NCBI GenBank assembly: GCA_002633005.1
Contig: NMRA01000453.1
Span: 1 to 64,000 of the forward strand
Direction of reading: 5' to 3'
Source of the DNA: Phoronis australis
Lineage: Eukaryota > Animalia > Phoronida
Length of the DNA: 64,000 bases
This document shows positions 25,738-41,100 of the stretch, one piece after another (within the stretch, counting starts at the first letter, position 1; every line of letters starts with the position of its first letter). The position numbers and the translations under genes were made by a program. The notes under the pieces are model-generated. The model was not told the origin of the DNA and did no database searches. It saw only the letters and a program-made list of their open reading frames with translations.

Positions 25738-28700
25738 ATGCGGAGATCAGCAGCACCCAGCCAGAGCTGTTCCTTGAAGCGACCAAGGTTCTGTAGTCCA
25801 GCGTTAAAGAAAACGACCAGTGACAGCTGCTCTGAGTTGGTACTGTACTGTTTGTTGTTGAGTTGTGAGACAGAATTTGAAAGTGTTGAGTAAGGGTGTG
25901 CTTGTGCGCCCATGTGTATGTGTGTGTGCGTGTTTATACGCGCGTCACTCACAAATCCCTAGACCAGTGTNCCAGCAAGGCCAAAATTTTGTACGCCGAA
26001 GATGAAAGGCCTGTCTTTCCGTTCACCATTAGCAAAACTGAGCAACCAGCATTCAGTGAGCAATACGTCAAAGGAAGAAAGTGTCAAGTCCATGTCAGAG
26101 ATTTCTTGTTACTTCAGTGTGATGTGGTGTAAACTGTCAAAGAAAAAGGTAAGAATGGTTTTGGACGCACTTATTAATCAAAAGCATGTGTGCTTGGTGT
26201 TTAGAATCTATTGGAAGGATCATTATCATAATGAAGTTTCATGAATGTGTTCCTGGGATGAGCAAGGCTGAAGTTGATTTTTGGAAGGATTGTGGCTTCA
26301 CCTAGTGGCAATGTCTGTGCCACAATCTTTACCAAGTTCCTTGATAAATCTTCACAAATTTGATGCGTGTGTTCCAGTTGAGAGTATGCATGTGTTCCAG
26401 TTGAGAGTATGCATGATGCTTATTTTGGGATGATTCAGATTCGTGGCGTCAACTAGTGGCAATTTAGGTTTTCCTTGCATGGCTCTGTACCAAGATGTGT
26501 GATAGATGTTCATGGTAAACAAATTTGTCAAGGATGAGAGGGCTTATGCTGCACCCCATAGTGCACTTTTTATTTCATGTAACACAATACTTATAAACAC
26601 CCCCATAAGCATACTGTTTGTAGTGCTGCCTGGGTGCATTTCTACGCTTTGTGTTGGTCTTGTATCAATTGTAATTGTAAAATTCATTTTTGTGCTTTTC
26701 AGCATAAAAAGTGGGAGGGGGATGGTGAGTTGTTGATCAATAAAATGTTTTTGTGTTACATTTACTATTGTGCAGTATTGTAAAATAAGCTTAAAAAACA
26801 TGTAATAATGCAAGTTTGTGCGTCATACAACAGCTTAGTATTGATTCCGTATTTGTTACATACCATTCATTAGATAATGAACAAAAAATGATCATTTTCT
26901 GGTCTTGCATACAATACACGCCAAAACTATTCAGGCAAAATGGCTTGTAATTCCGTATCATGACGGCTGGGCAGAACCAGTTCATAGAGCAGCCCTCCCT
27001 CGTGACTGAGAGTGCAGGGGTAATGAACAGGAAAGTCATTCTGTGGTTAGAAATTTGCCATGATATTCGTCATTTAATCATTCCCAGTCATTTTTGCTGT
27101 TAACAGAATTAGCTGCCATGACAGGGACATGGCATTTTGTTTGATTATTTTTGTCTTGTACTGTAAAGGAGTAGTTCATGGAGTGTCGTCAGCCTGGACC
27201 AATCACTGCTGTTTATGGATCCCTTAAATGTTACGTAATTTTCCCTACAATTTACGGACAGCTCTATCTTATGTTGTTGACAAGAGGCAAAATAATTAAT
27301 CCACCCCTTCAGTTGACAGACTGTTACCTCTCCATGCCACCCCTTTCACACAGTACAAGACAAAAGTAATCAATCTACAGAATTGCTCGACCACCTTACT
27401 AACTTTCCTGTTATTTGCCTTCATTCTCGGTCGTGAGGACATACTACTCTGACTTTGAATTTGGCTTCCACCCAGCCGTCATGATGGGGAATTCTGGGCC
27501 GTTTTGTTGGAATACTTAAGACTTGTACCGCACATGAATTGTCGCTATGTGATTGGTGGAACTGTCCTTGATGGAGACTGTTACATTATCTGCTCTTGAT
27601 CAATGCTTGACAAAGAGCATCGTTGGCTCTAACTATTAAGAGTTTGCATACTTCCTGCTGTCATTGTATATTTGGATCTATCTTCTGCATTTCATGTTAT
27701 CCAGCTGTTTTAAGAACTTTTGGAAGGAGTGCAACCCTACAGGATATGGATGGCAAAATGTAAGTGACTTCAACAGATTTGTCTTTTTTGTTATGGTGAC
27801 ATGGCTGTATACAATACGGTACCAGTGATCATGAGAGAACAACACATTCCCAGCCTCTTGGGCTTACATGTCACTTGGAACAAATTAACTAGGTGGTTGT
27901 ACAATAGATAATCTATGTTGCTGAAATGTTTGCTTATGGAATGGAAAATGAAATTTCTCCTGTAATTTTCAATACGGCCACGCCAACCAATCTTCTGTGG
28001 TGGCCATTTTCTAGTCTAAAACTTATTGCCTGCCACTTGTGTGATTTTGTACGGTATAGCGTGACCTCTCCAAACCCACGAGAAATTTGCTCTGTGGAAT
28101 GCACCACAGTCTATTGACATTCTCGCTACTAATTAAGTTAGTTTTCTTACATGTAATATGGTTGTCAGCCACCCAAGATAATTATAATAAATTTATCCTA
28201 AACATGTTTACCCAGACTTCTCTGCCCATGTAGGGTGCTAGAAATTGCATTCTCATCTTCAAATTTTCAGCATAGGCAAGAGTACAGGGTTTAAGACTGC
28301 TGAATTGTCGTCAATGGATGTGGGTCACACTCTGGTTATTGGAGGCAAAGAAATTGAGGTAAGGATTCTCTAAATCTTTAAGTGAAAATAAACTTTTGGA
28401 GTCAACTTGATCATGTAGGCTGTCAACATTAGGGAGTGCGAATTAAAAATTTGCATCAAGTTTGTGTAGAATCTGTAAACCAGTTTACAAGTTCTGTGTA
28501 TATGTTTATGCTTTTGTTTCCCTTTTTGTTGGTATGAAAATTTTCTGTCAGATCTATAAAGCATAGTTGGTTGTGGTCTCTTTTTTTGAAAATCGAGTTG
28601 ATGTGCTGTTTTGTTTGTTTGCTCACTTTTCAAAAGAGAAAATTCACCTGAGACGAGTGAAAATAATGTGGTATTATTTTTTTACTCATCACATGCTTTT

Positions 28701-31700
28701 GTGCAGCTTTTCAAAAACAAACACAAGTCCTTGGGTGAAATTGATGCAGGCAGGATTTTTTTATTTAGTCGGCAACCAAAGTCGGGGTAGAGACCAGAAA
28801 CAATGCTTTTTAGCCTTAGGTTCTATTTCTATCCCAGGTGATGTGCAAACTGTCTGAAGCTGACTACAAGTCTGGGAAGTGCTTTCATCAAAGCAGTGTA
28901 CAATCAGTTCCCTCTGTAACATTCAATTCAGGTTTGTTGGAAGCAGAATTAACGTATCGTGCACCAACTTTATGTAAAGAGGTGTTGAGCACAGCCTAGG
29001 TAATACAATGATTACCTTTGGATATTCTGTTTCACACAATTGCAATTGTCAAATATTTTCATTTGATTTTATGGCAATCACAAAAATTGAGTCGTGAAAT
29101 AAGACAAGTTAATACTAAGCTTCTTGTTTTCTGTTGTTATACTGTGGTCTTATTTATGGGTTAATAAACTGCATCATTCTTATTCTATCTTACTATGAAG
29201 TTGTCTAATTTTGACCTGCTGTCGCACCACTTTATGTAGTGTATGTAATTGATGGTGGCCTTAACAAGATATTTGCTTTTGTCTCATAGTCCTTTTTTCA
29301 CCTACTATAACTTAACTGTGTAATGGAACGCATCTTGTGACTTACTGTTTCAATGCATCCATTGAATTTAAAGGGATGTTAACAGTTTTAAGGCCAAAAA
29401 TATATTTTTTAGGATTATTGCTAGTTAGGATAGACTTCTTGAGGTCCTGAGCATAGGCTAGAGGTCTAAATGAACAGAGGTTGTGTTTTTTATGAACTTA
29501 TGAAAGTTAATCTCTAGACACATTTTGTCATTTCCGCTGTAACAAGTCTTCAGTTGAACACATGATGGAAGGTGGATTCCCTGTGACATGGTCACATTCT
29601 GTGACAAAACGTGCATGTGACGTTTTGAGAATTCTGTCAAAAATGTATTGTAATCTGCTGGGCCAAGTATGCTGTTAGTGTTTTGTTGGGTTTACAAGCA
29701 CTGTATACTGTATCAAGTGGTGGCTCCTGTTCACAACTGATGAAATTATGATGTTCATCGTTATCAATGACAAATATAGAGTCTCATTTATGTGACAATT
29801 GCAGAGATGGTGCAGTATGCAAAAAGCACCAAAAAATGTGACAATTTAGACTTCCCTATAATATTTTGAAAATTTTGAGATTGTGACATGTCATGAAACA
29901 CGAATCTGTTCTCTGCCTTGAATAATGTGTATTGTGAAGATAAGAATCAATTCTGAATTAACCTTTGGTTTCAGTGAATATTTCACCCAAACACTACTTC
30001 AAAGTACTGACTGGATACGTGTTGATTATAATAAACATTGAGCAACCTGTTTATGGCATTACAATGAGCTCTTCATTTTAACTTGAATGATAACACTTCA
30101 CAGCAGTCACTGTGCAAATTCCACTTTTAGTGATTGCAATAATTTTTTGTTTCATTTACTTGTCACATCTTTTTAGGTAGTGTGTGTGTATGACGAGATT
30201 GGTTTTTATAAGTTAGTATTTTCTCCACTGCTATGTAATTTTTCTATTTTCACTGTCTCAGGCGTGTCTAAACCATTTCAACAACCTCAGCTATCCAGAA
30301 GCAAATATGTAGATGTGAGTACATTGGTTTTCCTAAATACCCAATAAGCCTTCACTTGTAATGTTGCTAAAAATATAATAGATTTTTTTCATTAAGGAAC
30401 CTTTCCTTCTTGCTTATTGTCAAAACTGCAAATTAGAAACTAGATTACCCTACAAAACAAAACAGGTCTCTGATAAAAAATTCCATCCTTACAAAACATG
30501 ATGTAGGGCATCAATTGAAAAACAGTGTCAAAAGCCATCAGTCTTGCAGGTTTATCTCACCCTTCATTCTGGACGATTTTATATCAAGCACATGTTATTT
30601 CTCAATGGTAGAATTTAAGAGAACTTTTTGAGTCAATTTTTTGTAGGTCGTAAGACAATTTTCTTTCTCCAGGATACCAAAAGGACCCAGGTGATTAGCC
30701 CAAAGTTTGACCCGCTTCATCCTGATGCACTAGTGATGCCGAGGCCATCTCTCTCACATCAGGTGTGTAATAATACAGTTCATGGAAGCACTACTCCTAC
30801 ATGACTTGGTTCACATGGCTATGCATATTAAAAGTGCTTGTGCCTGGGTATGATCACACTCATTCTTTCTGAGGCTAGTTTTCAGATTATAGAAATTAAA
30901 GTGTACAAAAGGTGAATGTGTTTCTGTGCTCCAACTCCATTATTTCGTTTTTAAAAGTCTTGTACTATTGAAAAATGTTGTCAGATAAGAGCAAATGTGA
31001 TTCAAGATCCGAAAAATGTGTACAGCCCGTAGGCAACAAGTCCCATGCACCATAACTCCACTTCCAAAAAAACAATTAATGGAACTGGAACCACAGAAGT
31101 TTTGTAATTGCTCTTAGTTGGTAACTTTCCACATCTGATAGCTAGATTATACAGTAAAAAGTTAATAATATACGATCCACTAAAAAGCAAAACTGTCAAC
31201 AAAAATTACAAACATTTTTAAGTCTGGTCTGCGCTCCACTTGTTGTTCACATCACGTGACCTAACAAACATAAGCCTGTCTATATTTCCACCCCCGTTCA
31301 AGATTTTCATATTTATGTCAACAGTCAACGTAAGCTGTTGTCACAATAAAGACTGTGGTTTGTTTATATAATCATAAATGCGTTGTCCACGACGAGTGCG
31401 ATTGGTGACAACCTTCATCATAGGCCAGGATTAGAGAATGCGGTGTTGAGATTTAATGATGGTCATTAAAAGCTTATGTGAAATTCGCATCATGTTTTTT
31501 GTATTCAGCAACAACACAATCGGAGAAAGGAGCAAGTAATAGACGTTGTCATTGACCCTCATTTGGTCGTTCACTTACGGCCCCACCAGAGAGATGGCGT
31601 GACCTTCATGTATGAGTGCACCATGGGAATGAAAGATTACAACGGCAGCGGTGTTATTTTGGCGTACGTTCTAGCTTGGATAGATACGTTGTTTATTATT

Positions 31701-34700
31701 TTTTTGTTGATACTGTTTTTAGTAACTTGGAATTGGAGGTTTGGGATTAGGCTTTGTAGTAGCCTGTTGATTTGTATCTTCAGTTTACATTGTCAATAGC
31801 CTCGAAAATTTCATATTCAGTAAGATGTCTATCTGCATTTCAAGAATCAGTTAAATCATTTCAAATTAAAAGAATGCCCCTGCAGTAATTGATGATGCTT
31901 TTGAAAACTAGTCTTTCATGTCCAAGCCATAAAGTCATCAATGTTTCCATGCCACTTGTTGTCAGCTAATAGAGTTTTTTGTTGTAGCGATGACATGGGT
32001 CTGGGAAAGACATTGCAGTGTATTACTGTGATATGGTATGTACTTTGATATGGTACGTACTTTGATATGGTACGTACTTTGATATGGTACGTGCTTTGAT
32101 ATGGTACATACTTTGATATGGTATGTTCTTTGATATGGTACGTACTTTGATATGGCACGTACTTAGATATGGCACGTACTTTGATATGGTACATACTTTG
32201 ATATGGTACATACTTTGATATGCTACGTATTTTGATATGGAATGTACTTTGATATGGAATGTACTTTGATATGGTATGTAATTTGAATTGAAAATCACAT
32301 TGATCACCACTTAGGCAATAGGACTATTACCTCAAGATATGCTTTTTCACACAATGGCCAGCGTCGAATGTTTTGATTGAATTTTGCAAGTCACCAAAAG
32401 CCGTAAAAAGAGTCAACACTTTTTGTTTTAAAAAGGTTCTGTTGTGGTTGTAATGGAGCTTGTTGGTGTTATTTTCATTTTTATTTTGTCTTCATTTGAA
32501 GTCAACCATTTTATTAACCTTAGTTACCTTAAAGAGTACATAATGTCCCTACTTTGTAGTATCTACAAAGCAACACACTTTAGACTGAATGTGAATCTTT
32601 GTTTTAGAGTTTCGTATAGTTTGAAGTTTTGAAAATGAAAGTCGTCTATTCACCATGCCAAGAAAAGTCCAGATTAAGGTCCGGTGTATCAGTTATGTCC
32701 ATGTAGCTTGAATGTCCTGTAGTTTTGCAATTCGTTTTCAATTTTTGTTAATCACCTCTTTCAGGACGTTGCTCAAACAAGGGCCATATGGGATGAGACC
32801 TGAAATCAAAAGGGTGCTGATAGTGACACCTAGCAGTCTAGTCAAGGTATGGTCCTGTGTACGTGTACAGTGTTCTAACAAATACTTAATGAGGAACTTG
32901 AAATTCTCTAGGTGTCACAAGTGGAGCTAGGAACCCTCTTTATAATATAGAAATGTACCCATTTGGGTTGATCACTTGGGTCCCTTACCACATGTGTGCC
33001 CCCAAGCTAGTGAACTGTTTTTGGCTCTCATTCTGTTGTTATTAGCACCTCGTATTAAATATGAGATGGCCTCTAGTTTAGGGAATCTTCACTTTTATTC
33101 AGTTTTCTTCAAATTGTAGAATTGTTCAGTCTGCTTTACAAGTCAATTCAAATTGCAATAATGGAGCACAACATTGTGCTGTTTCCTGTTGATAATAGGG
33201 AACTTCAGCGTTTAAGCCTGTGTCTGCGGTATCACTGCTTGATCTGCTTCTCAGTCACTTTGTTTTCAGATTGTCACTTTAAAGGATGTTTGTATTTTTT
33301 GTTTCCTAGTTTATCTGCACTGACTAAACAAATCTGTCGTTGAATTCAATGTTTTATGTTGTAGAACTGGTGCTGTGAATTCAGGAAATGGTTAGGCTCT
33401 GAAAGGCTATCTGTTTTCTCGGCTGGTTCTGATAATCGAGTTGATGTGAGTGATGCATGCATACTTTATCTGGAACATACTTTTCCTTGTACTTATCTTA
33501 CCTGGTAGATAGATACCTTACCTGGTACATACCTTACCTGGTACATACCATACTTGGTACTTACCGTACGAACCTTACGTAGTATATAACGTACCTGGCA
33601 CATACCTTATACCATCTGAGGGCAATTCCTATTCTCTGTGTATATTATGTTAAAACACCTTCCATTTTAAACCACCTCGTTTTGCTGTTATCATTGGAAT
33701 AATTTCTACTTTCATTAAATTACATTAACATGTTTTGATAAATTTCTCTTTTCTTTCCAGGAATTCGTCAAGTCACCTTTATATCCAGTTCTAGTTATTT
33801 CATATGAGATGCTTATGATGTGCTATGATGACATCTGTAAACTGAAATTTGACCTGGTTGTTTGTGATGAAGGTCATAGGTTAAAAAATTCTACCATCAA
33901 AACAGCAACTGTAAGTTAGCATTTGCAAAGTGAAGTTCAATAAATTATAACTTCTTGATACCATTTTTGGTTTAAGGCGGCTGTGAGCCTGCCTTCAGTC
34001 AAAAGCTAACTGTGAAATGTGTTTAAAATTCCCTTAAAAATGTAAAGTTGCCCCTCAGAAGTGCTAAATGGAATTTTTCTTTCCAGATGATTGCTCACCT
34101 GCCTACTCGCCGTAGAGTGGTTTTGACCGGTACTCCAATACAAAACGACCTTCAGGAGTTTTACTCTTTGGTGGATTTCTGTAATCCTGGTATTTTAGGT
34201 TGGCCTCACTGGTTTTATATTGGAATTACACGATTGCAATTTTCACCTGTAAATTGTTTTTTAATATTGACGCAATTAGATAAACTAAAATAAAGATGAG
34301 AGTAACTTCTTTGTTCCAATACAGGCTTACTTAAAGAAAGTCTAAGGCAAAAAAGAACGACTAAATGTTTAGAACTTAGCCTTGAAATTTTTGACAAGAT
34401 AAAGAATATATTGTCTACTTGTTTTTAAAATTAGGAGTGCAAGTGGGTGTGAGATTAACGTTGAACAGCTCGGATCTAGTATCCAACACACATGATGGTT
34501 ACAGCTCAATTTTGAAAAAGGTCTTGTTATGCCATACTTGAGTGCTTGAAACTTTTATGGACCCACTTAATGCAGTTTTTTTGTTTAATTGTACCAGGTA
34601 CAAAATTACATTGAAGTTCTGTTCGTTCACTAGACCACTGTTTCATGAATCTGGGAACACTGATTGAAAACTCAGTATCTTCAATGACTGTTGGTGTATA

Positions 34701-37700
34701 TTGGTGTAATCACTGATTACCTTTTCCAGGTAGCAAGGCTGCTTTTCGTAAGGTCTATGAGGAGCCCATTGTGTCGTCCAAACACCCCGGAGTGAGTGAG
34801 GAAGTAAAAGAGCTGGGTAGAGACCGAGCGGCTGAGTTATCACGGCTGACAGGATTGTTCATTCTGAGAAGGACGCAGGAGATTAATAGCAAGTACCTGC
34901 CTCCAAAAGGTTAGTGGTTGTGTTAGAAGTGGTCAGGTGAAAGCTAGAGGAAACATCTAACTACTGGTTAGATGTTACAGAGGAAACCTCTTGTAATTGC
35001 ACCTGCATTCTATCTGAAATATCCATAAAAAAGTTGATTGTTTTCTAATATATTGGTTTTGTTTTTCGTAATTGGGTGGAATAGTGTGATAGAGCATTTG
35101 AATGCAACGCCAAAGGGATTCATGAATTTCATGATATCCTGCTAACTTGTCAGTAGATACTAAAAAGGGCCCGAGGTCTGTCTGAAAGCTTTGTTAACTG
35201 AGACTTGAGACTCAAACTATTTTACTGTCATGTTTGCCTCATTTCAGATCCTCTCGTGTAGGCGAGGTGCGTGTCGAGAGGTCTATTGTTACTGTCACCT
35301 GATTATAGTCATTGGATGCTACGTTACTGTAGCTCCGCAGTCATGATCTATGTTGATGACTATCAAATACTTATTTCACATTGGTTTCCAGTTGAGATGG
35401 TTGTATTCTGTCCACCCAGTCAGCTACAGTTGAGCTTGTACCACAAGTTACTTGGCTCGCGGATGGTCAGGTCCTGTTTCAACCTCTCTGTTGATGGAAC
35501 ACCCCACTTGGTGTGCATTGGTGCTCTCAAGAAATTGTGCAATCACCCACATCTGTTGTATGAGAAGGCACGAGGTGTTGAGATTCGCAAGGAAGAGATG
35601 TTCCAAAACGAGGTGAGCTCTTGCTAACAAAAGTGTCGACCCCTAATTGGTGTCAAAAATATACCTTAGCAACGTGTGTCTTGACAAATGTACAAAACTG
35701 GCAATAGGCGATGCTACTTGTGATGGAATTGTATTAGACTTAAGTTTAATAATACTGTTTAATCTGACATTATCTTTTAGTCAAATTGTGTCTCCTGAAT
35801 AAAGTTATCGACCAAAAACTAAACTCAGCCCCATAGGGTGAATGTGAGAATGAAACAGTTTCAATATGGATTGGCGTCTTGTCCCTTACACCATACAAAA
35901 TTTCACGAAAATCTGTTGAGTGAAACGAGCACTTTTAAAAAAGCAATTACTATGGACAGGTGGAGGAAATGATCCTGTTGGTTCCTGGGTTGTCTATACA
36001 TATAACATACTGATTATGTGTATAACATCATTTCTGAAATCTATTGGTTTATTTACACCAATCTCTAGACTTACATTCTGGTAAGATGCTATGTATTGTA
36101 AAACAAATAAATCGTAATTATTGAGTCGTGATTGTAATCTTCCCTTTGTTATAGGATGACAGTCTCTACCATGGTCTTCTCAGTCTGTACCCAGGTGACT
36201 ATGACCCTGTCAAGGTCATGTCAGAACATTCTGGAAAAATGGCTGTTGTTTCTTGTCTGCTGTCTGCTATGAATCTGGCGGAGACCAGGGAGAAAATTGT
36301 GTTGGTCTCAAACTACACGCAGGTACTAATAGAGATGAACTATTTGGGTGTGTTCAATAAATGAGGGTCACTCGTTACATTCCTGCAGTGAGAATTCTTG
36401 GCTTTTATAAAAATATTGAGTATGGTGGGTATTAATACACCATTTGCTCTGGCACAGTTCCATATTACATCTCTTTTTGTTGTGTTCATTTTGTGTGTAT
36501 AGTAAGGCCACATGGTATCGTGCAAAAGTGTAGCAAGATTTGTGTTCCACTTTCATGATTTTGCCTGATCTCAGCAAATTCATAAAGCTAACTGAACGCT
36601 GATCTTTCAAGGATACTTGGTTTTCATGCTTAAATGTACTTTAAAAACCCCACAGTGTATACACTCAGTTTAAACCAAAAATCTTCAGAAGAAATTCACA
36701 CAGCTAAAATTGTCAGCCAGGATGGCTGATTGTGAGTAGAATTCAAAATTAGAGTAGCTGGAATGACATGTCATGGGTAAACACTTGTCATACTGGGAAT
36801 TTTGTTCGATTGCTGTTGAAGGTGCAGAGGTCAGGGGTGTGCAAAAATGTTGTGAGGACGCTCTGGCAGATTATGCGCTGATATGCATTTTTCTGGACAA
36901 GTCGAGTGGTTAGTTGTGCTTGACTTCTTGTAGACCTTAGACCTGCTTCAACAACTGTGTGAAGATGAAGGATACAGCTATGTCAGACTGGATGGCCAGA
37001 CTCCTGCAAATAAACGACAGCAGATGGTCGAGAACTTCAATAGTCGTCACTCACAAGACTGTGAGTAACACTATTGGTTAATGTTTAAAAATGGGCATGT
37101 TCTTTTCTCCAAATGTTGCTAAATGCTTATTCCCTTTTTGTGGAAATGATTCTACGGTGAATGACATTGTAAAGATTTCATATTTGAATTAAACATTAGT
37201 TTTGTAAGGACAAGAAATGTTATTTCCTTTTCAGTTGTATTCTTGCTCAGCTCAAAGGCAGGGGGCACAGGCCTGAATCTGATTGGTGCTTCACGACTTG
37301 TATTGTTTGACATTGACTGGAATCCAGCCAATGATCTTCAGGTATTCATGAAGTACTTACACAATGGCTTTTACTGCATTTTCTTTGCCAAAAAAACGAG
37401 GTTAAGATAGCATGTGCATCTCACTTTGTACTAGAAGCATTTTTGTGTGGTTGAAATGTTATTGATATTGTGTTCAATAAAAGACCTAAATACAGTTGAT
37501 TTCAACCTAAAAGCCTCCACAAACTTGTTATCAGGTTGTCTGAATTGTCATAACGTGCCTTGATTGTGATACTGTCCATGGTTCTTACTCAGATTATTAG
37601 TTGATTCCTACCTATTTTTTCTCTTTTTCAAAGTCACAGTTAAATCTTGGTGTGATACGCCTCTTAGTTAATCATGTATTGTAATGTTTCTGTTACATTA

Positions 37701-38078
37701 AAAAGCATGGTTGGTTCTGGTCTCTACACTGACTCATTTTGAGCCCTGTGCCACAAAACACTCGCCCGAATCAATTTCAGCCAAGGTCTGGTACATGTTT
37801 GAGAAGTTGCACAAATGCACGTAAGCGAGGGAAAGCAAGGTTTGGAACACCTCGATTTGCCAAGCGACGAGTAAAAAAATGTACATCATCTTGCTTGTTG
37901 AATTTTCTTTTTTATAAGTGAACAACTAAAAAGTAGCACACCAATGTCTCAATTTTTAAAAAAAATGTTTTCAATTATTTATTTCTCAAAATAATTCCCA
38001 GTACATCAAAAAAGAAAAATTATGTTTGAGACAAAACATGTATGCACACGTGCACGCACGCACCCACACACACACACG

Positions 38079-38110
<32 letters not shown>

Positions 38111-41100
38111 CACACACACACACATCTAACTTATAAAATCATGATTGTTGCAAGTAATACTTGGACTGTATGTACATACCTTGATTTGGATGTAGCAATA
38201 AAACTAAAAACTAAAAAAACTACAAGTATGTACTTCAATGTTGCAGTTAAGCTTTAATTTTCAACTTTATTGCCGTGTTTTCTATTTCACCTGTTTAGGC
38301 CATGGCAAGGGTATGGAGAGATGGTCAGAGAAACAAAGTGCATATATATCGACTACTGACTACAGTAAGATTTACGTGTTTCTTGGAAGTAGAATTGTAC
38401 TCTTACTTACCATCCAGTCAGAAAGTAGATTGAACGTCTGATCTGCTGTCTGAAAAAATGACACTGAACGCTTATCAGATATTTGATTTGTCTTTGTATT
38501 GTCTGCCCCATTCTGTCAACACATCCGCCTTCATACCGCGTGAAGTCTATGGGTTTATTCCAAGGAAGTAACTTGTGTTCAGTATCTGCACAATATCTTG
38601 CCCCTAAAATACAAGGCACACAAGCAAAATCATTTTCTCTTGAGATGAGATAAGAAATCTTGTCTTGACTAGTCCCAATTCGGGGGATTTCGACTACGAT
38701 GCTGCTGTTATGTTCCAAGTGCATTCTGGGGAGGTTGTTGGCTCGTAAACTTCCAGTAACATCAGGGATAACTTTGTGGTAGTGTTATCTGATTGATACT
38801 TTGCGGATTAGGTGGTGAGATTTAACTTACGTGTGGTTGGAGGACGCATGGTTGCATTTTATGGCCCATCTGTCAGTCTTTCATTTTTTTATGATGGTTG
38901 CTTAGTCGTACTTGCTCCTAAAACATGTTGCAGTGAACCTGTGCTTTCAAAACTGATGCCCTTGAGTGATAAGTATTGCTTTTTGACATACTGCTTATAT
39001 GTCATCACGTTATCTGTCATGTCATCATGTTATCTGTCATGTTACCACGTTATCTGTCAATCAGGGCTTGGAATTTTCCGCGGAAACGCGGATTTCCGCT
39101 TTTTTCAAATGTGCTTTCCGCTTTTTTTATAATATTTCCGCGTAAAAAAAATCGGATTTGATATAAAATTTCCGCGGCAAATGCCTTTCTTACCGCGGCG
39201 TTGCAGACGACGTTCACCTCGAAAAGCGGAAGTTGCTCTTTATGTTTCGGAGGAACGTAAATTGTCAACATTGCCGAGGCATCTGGGACAGCGTGGTGGG
39301 ATTTTCAATGGCGTCTCGTGTTACTGTTAAGCGCGGCGACAAATACTGTGGCTCTGCAGCCAAAAATGTGTGGGTTGGGAGTGGACGGGCGAGCTAAAAG
39401 GACGCAGACGTATGCTACTGATGGTGGTAACGTTTTTTTTTGTTTTTTTTTAGTCCTCCCGTTTCCGCGTTTTTTGTCATTGGTCATTCCAAGCCCTGCT
39501 GTCATGTCACCATGTTATCTGTCATGTCACCACATTATCTGTCATGTCACCTCGTTATATGTCATGTCACTACGTTATCTGTCATGTCACCACATTATCT
39601 GTCGTGTCACCTCGTTATCTGTCATGTCACCAAATTATCTGTCATGTCACCACATTATATGTCATGTCACTACATTATCTGTCATGTCACCACACTATCT
39701 GTCACGTCACCACGTTATCTGTCATGTCACCACATTATCTGCCATGTCACTGGATCTGTACAAGCATGTTATCCATGTTATCCATGTTATCCACGTTAGA
39801 AAGGGATGTGAACAGCCCAGCAAAAGGCTCACATCTTGGTTCTACATTCATGTCTATTGAGCAAACAATATCTTGGCTATTGAACACAGTCTGTGCAGGT
39901 CATTTGTGCTTGTTCAATGGAAGTTAATGCAAAACCAGGGTACAAGCCTTTTGCTGGGCCGTTTGCATAACTTTCCAGTGCTCCAGGGATATATGCCAAG
40001 GGAGCTGTAATTAATATGGGAAAATGTCTGCATTTTACTGAAAGGTAACATCAAAAACAGTTCTTTTCCCTTTAAAAACTACTACTTGCATATTTACCGA
40101 TGCATTTCATGTCTCAAAATTTTGAAGTTTTCTTTTATGATCGGCATATGTCCCGAATGATATATAATAGTTCGTGTGTTGTCAGCTTGTTACCAGAGAT
40201 GAAACCAAGACCGGGGGTAGGCGATATAAGGTCATTTATTATGACTAATACAGTTACAAGTAAGGTCATTTGTATGTCAAATACTATTACAAGTAAGGTC
40301 ATTTATATGGCAAATACAATTACAAGTAAGGACATTTACATGACTAATACAATTACAAGTAAGGTCAGTTATATGACTAATACAATTACAAGTAATAGGT
40401 AGTGACTAAACATAAGTAATGTAAAATATACTAATCTCTGGTAAGATGGGCAAATGAAAAGTGCCGGCCACGTGGAGGTACAACAGAATGCCGAAAAGGA
40501 GGATGGTAGGAGGTGGGAAAAATTTAAAAGTTTTAGAACGTATGTTAACGAGGCCGGAATGAAGGAGGTGAACAGGAAACTAGGTTACAATAACAATGTG
40601 AATTCCTAAGGGCTTGTGACAATCATCAGCCTATGAGAGCCCCGGAGCTGACCAACCTCTGGGCACGTGATAACAATTAACCAATGAGGCTGGGAGAACG
40701 ACGAGTAGTCCTACACAAAGGAATTAATGGACTAGACTGAATTGAGGAGGGAAAGGAGTAAGACCAAATACACAAGAAATCTATCACCTGATCTATTTGG
40801 TCATTAAGAAGACAACATTGGAGTTGCCATATACTGACTAAGTGTAGAACTGCATTAGCCCATCAGTTGAAATGTATTCACTTGAATGCTGTCGATAGTA
40901 CAAGTTTTTTATCTTCATACTTGTTATTGTAATCATCTAATGTAATGACAAAGTTGTCTCATCCTCACACGGTGCATATGCTCATTCAGAAGAATCTCAT
41001 TCATACTGTCTCATTCATTTGGTATGAGTTAGTGACAGATAATTTTGCTTTTCTATTTATAACGAGATGTAGAAAATGTAAGCCATTAATCTTTAGAATA

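Noticed and set aside
31916-32310. ORFs with 17-aa repeats ([17 protein letters not shown])
   Set aside because: They are translations of the 17-bp minisatellite on the non-coding strand.
39318-39927. Long Cys/His-rich ORFs in all three frames
   Set aside because: They arise from the 20-bp minisatellite and are not a zinc-finger protein.
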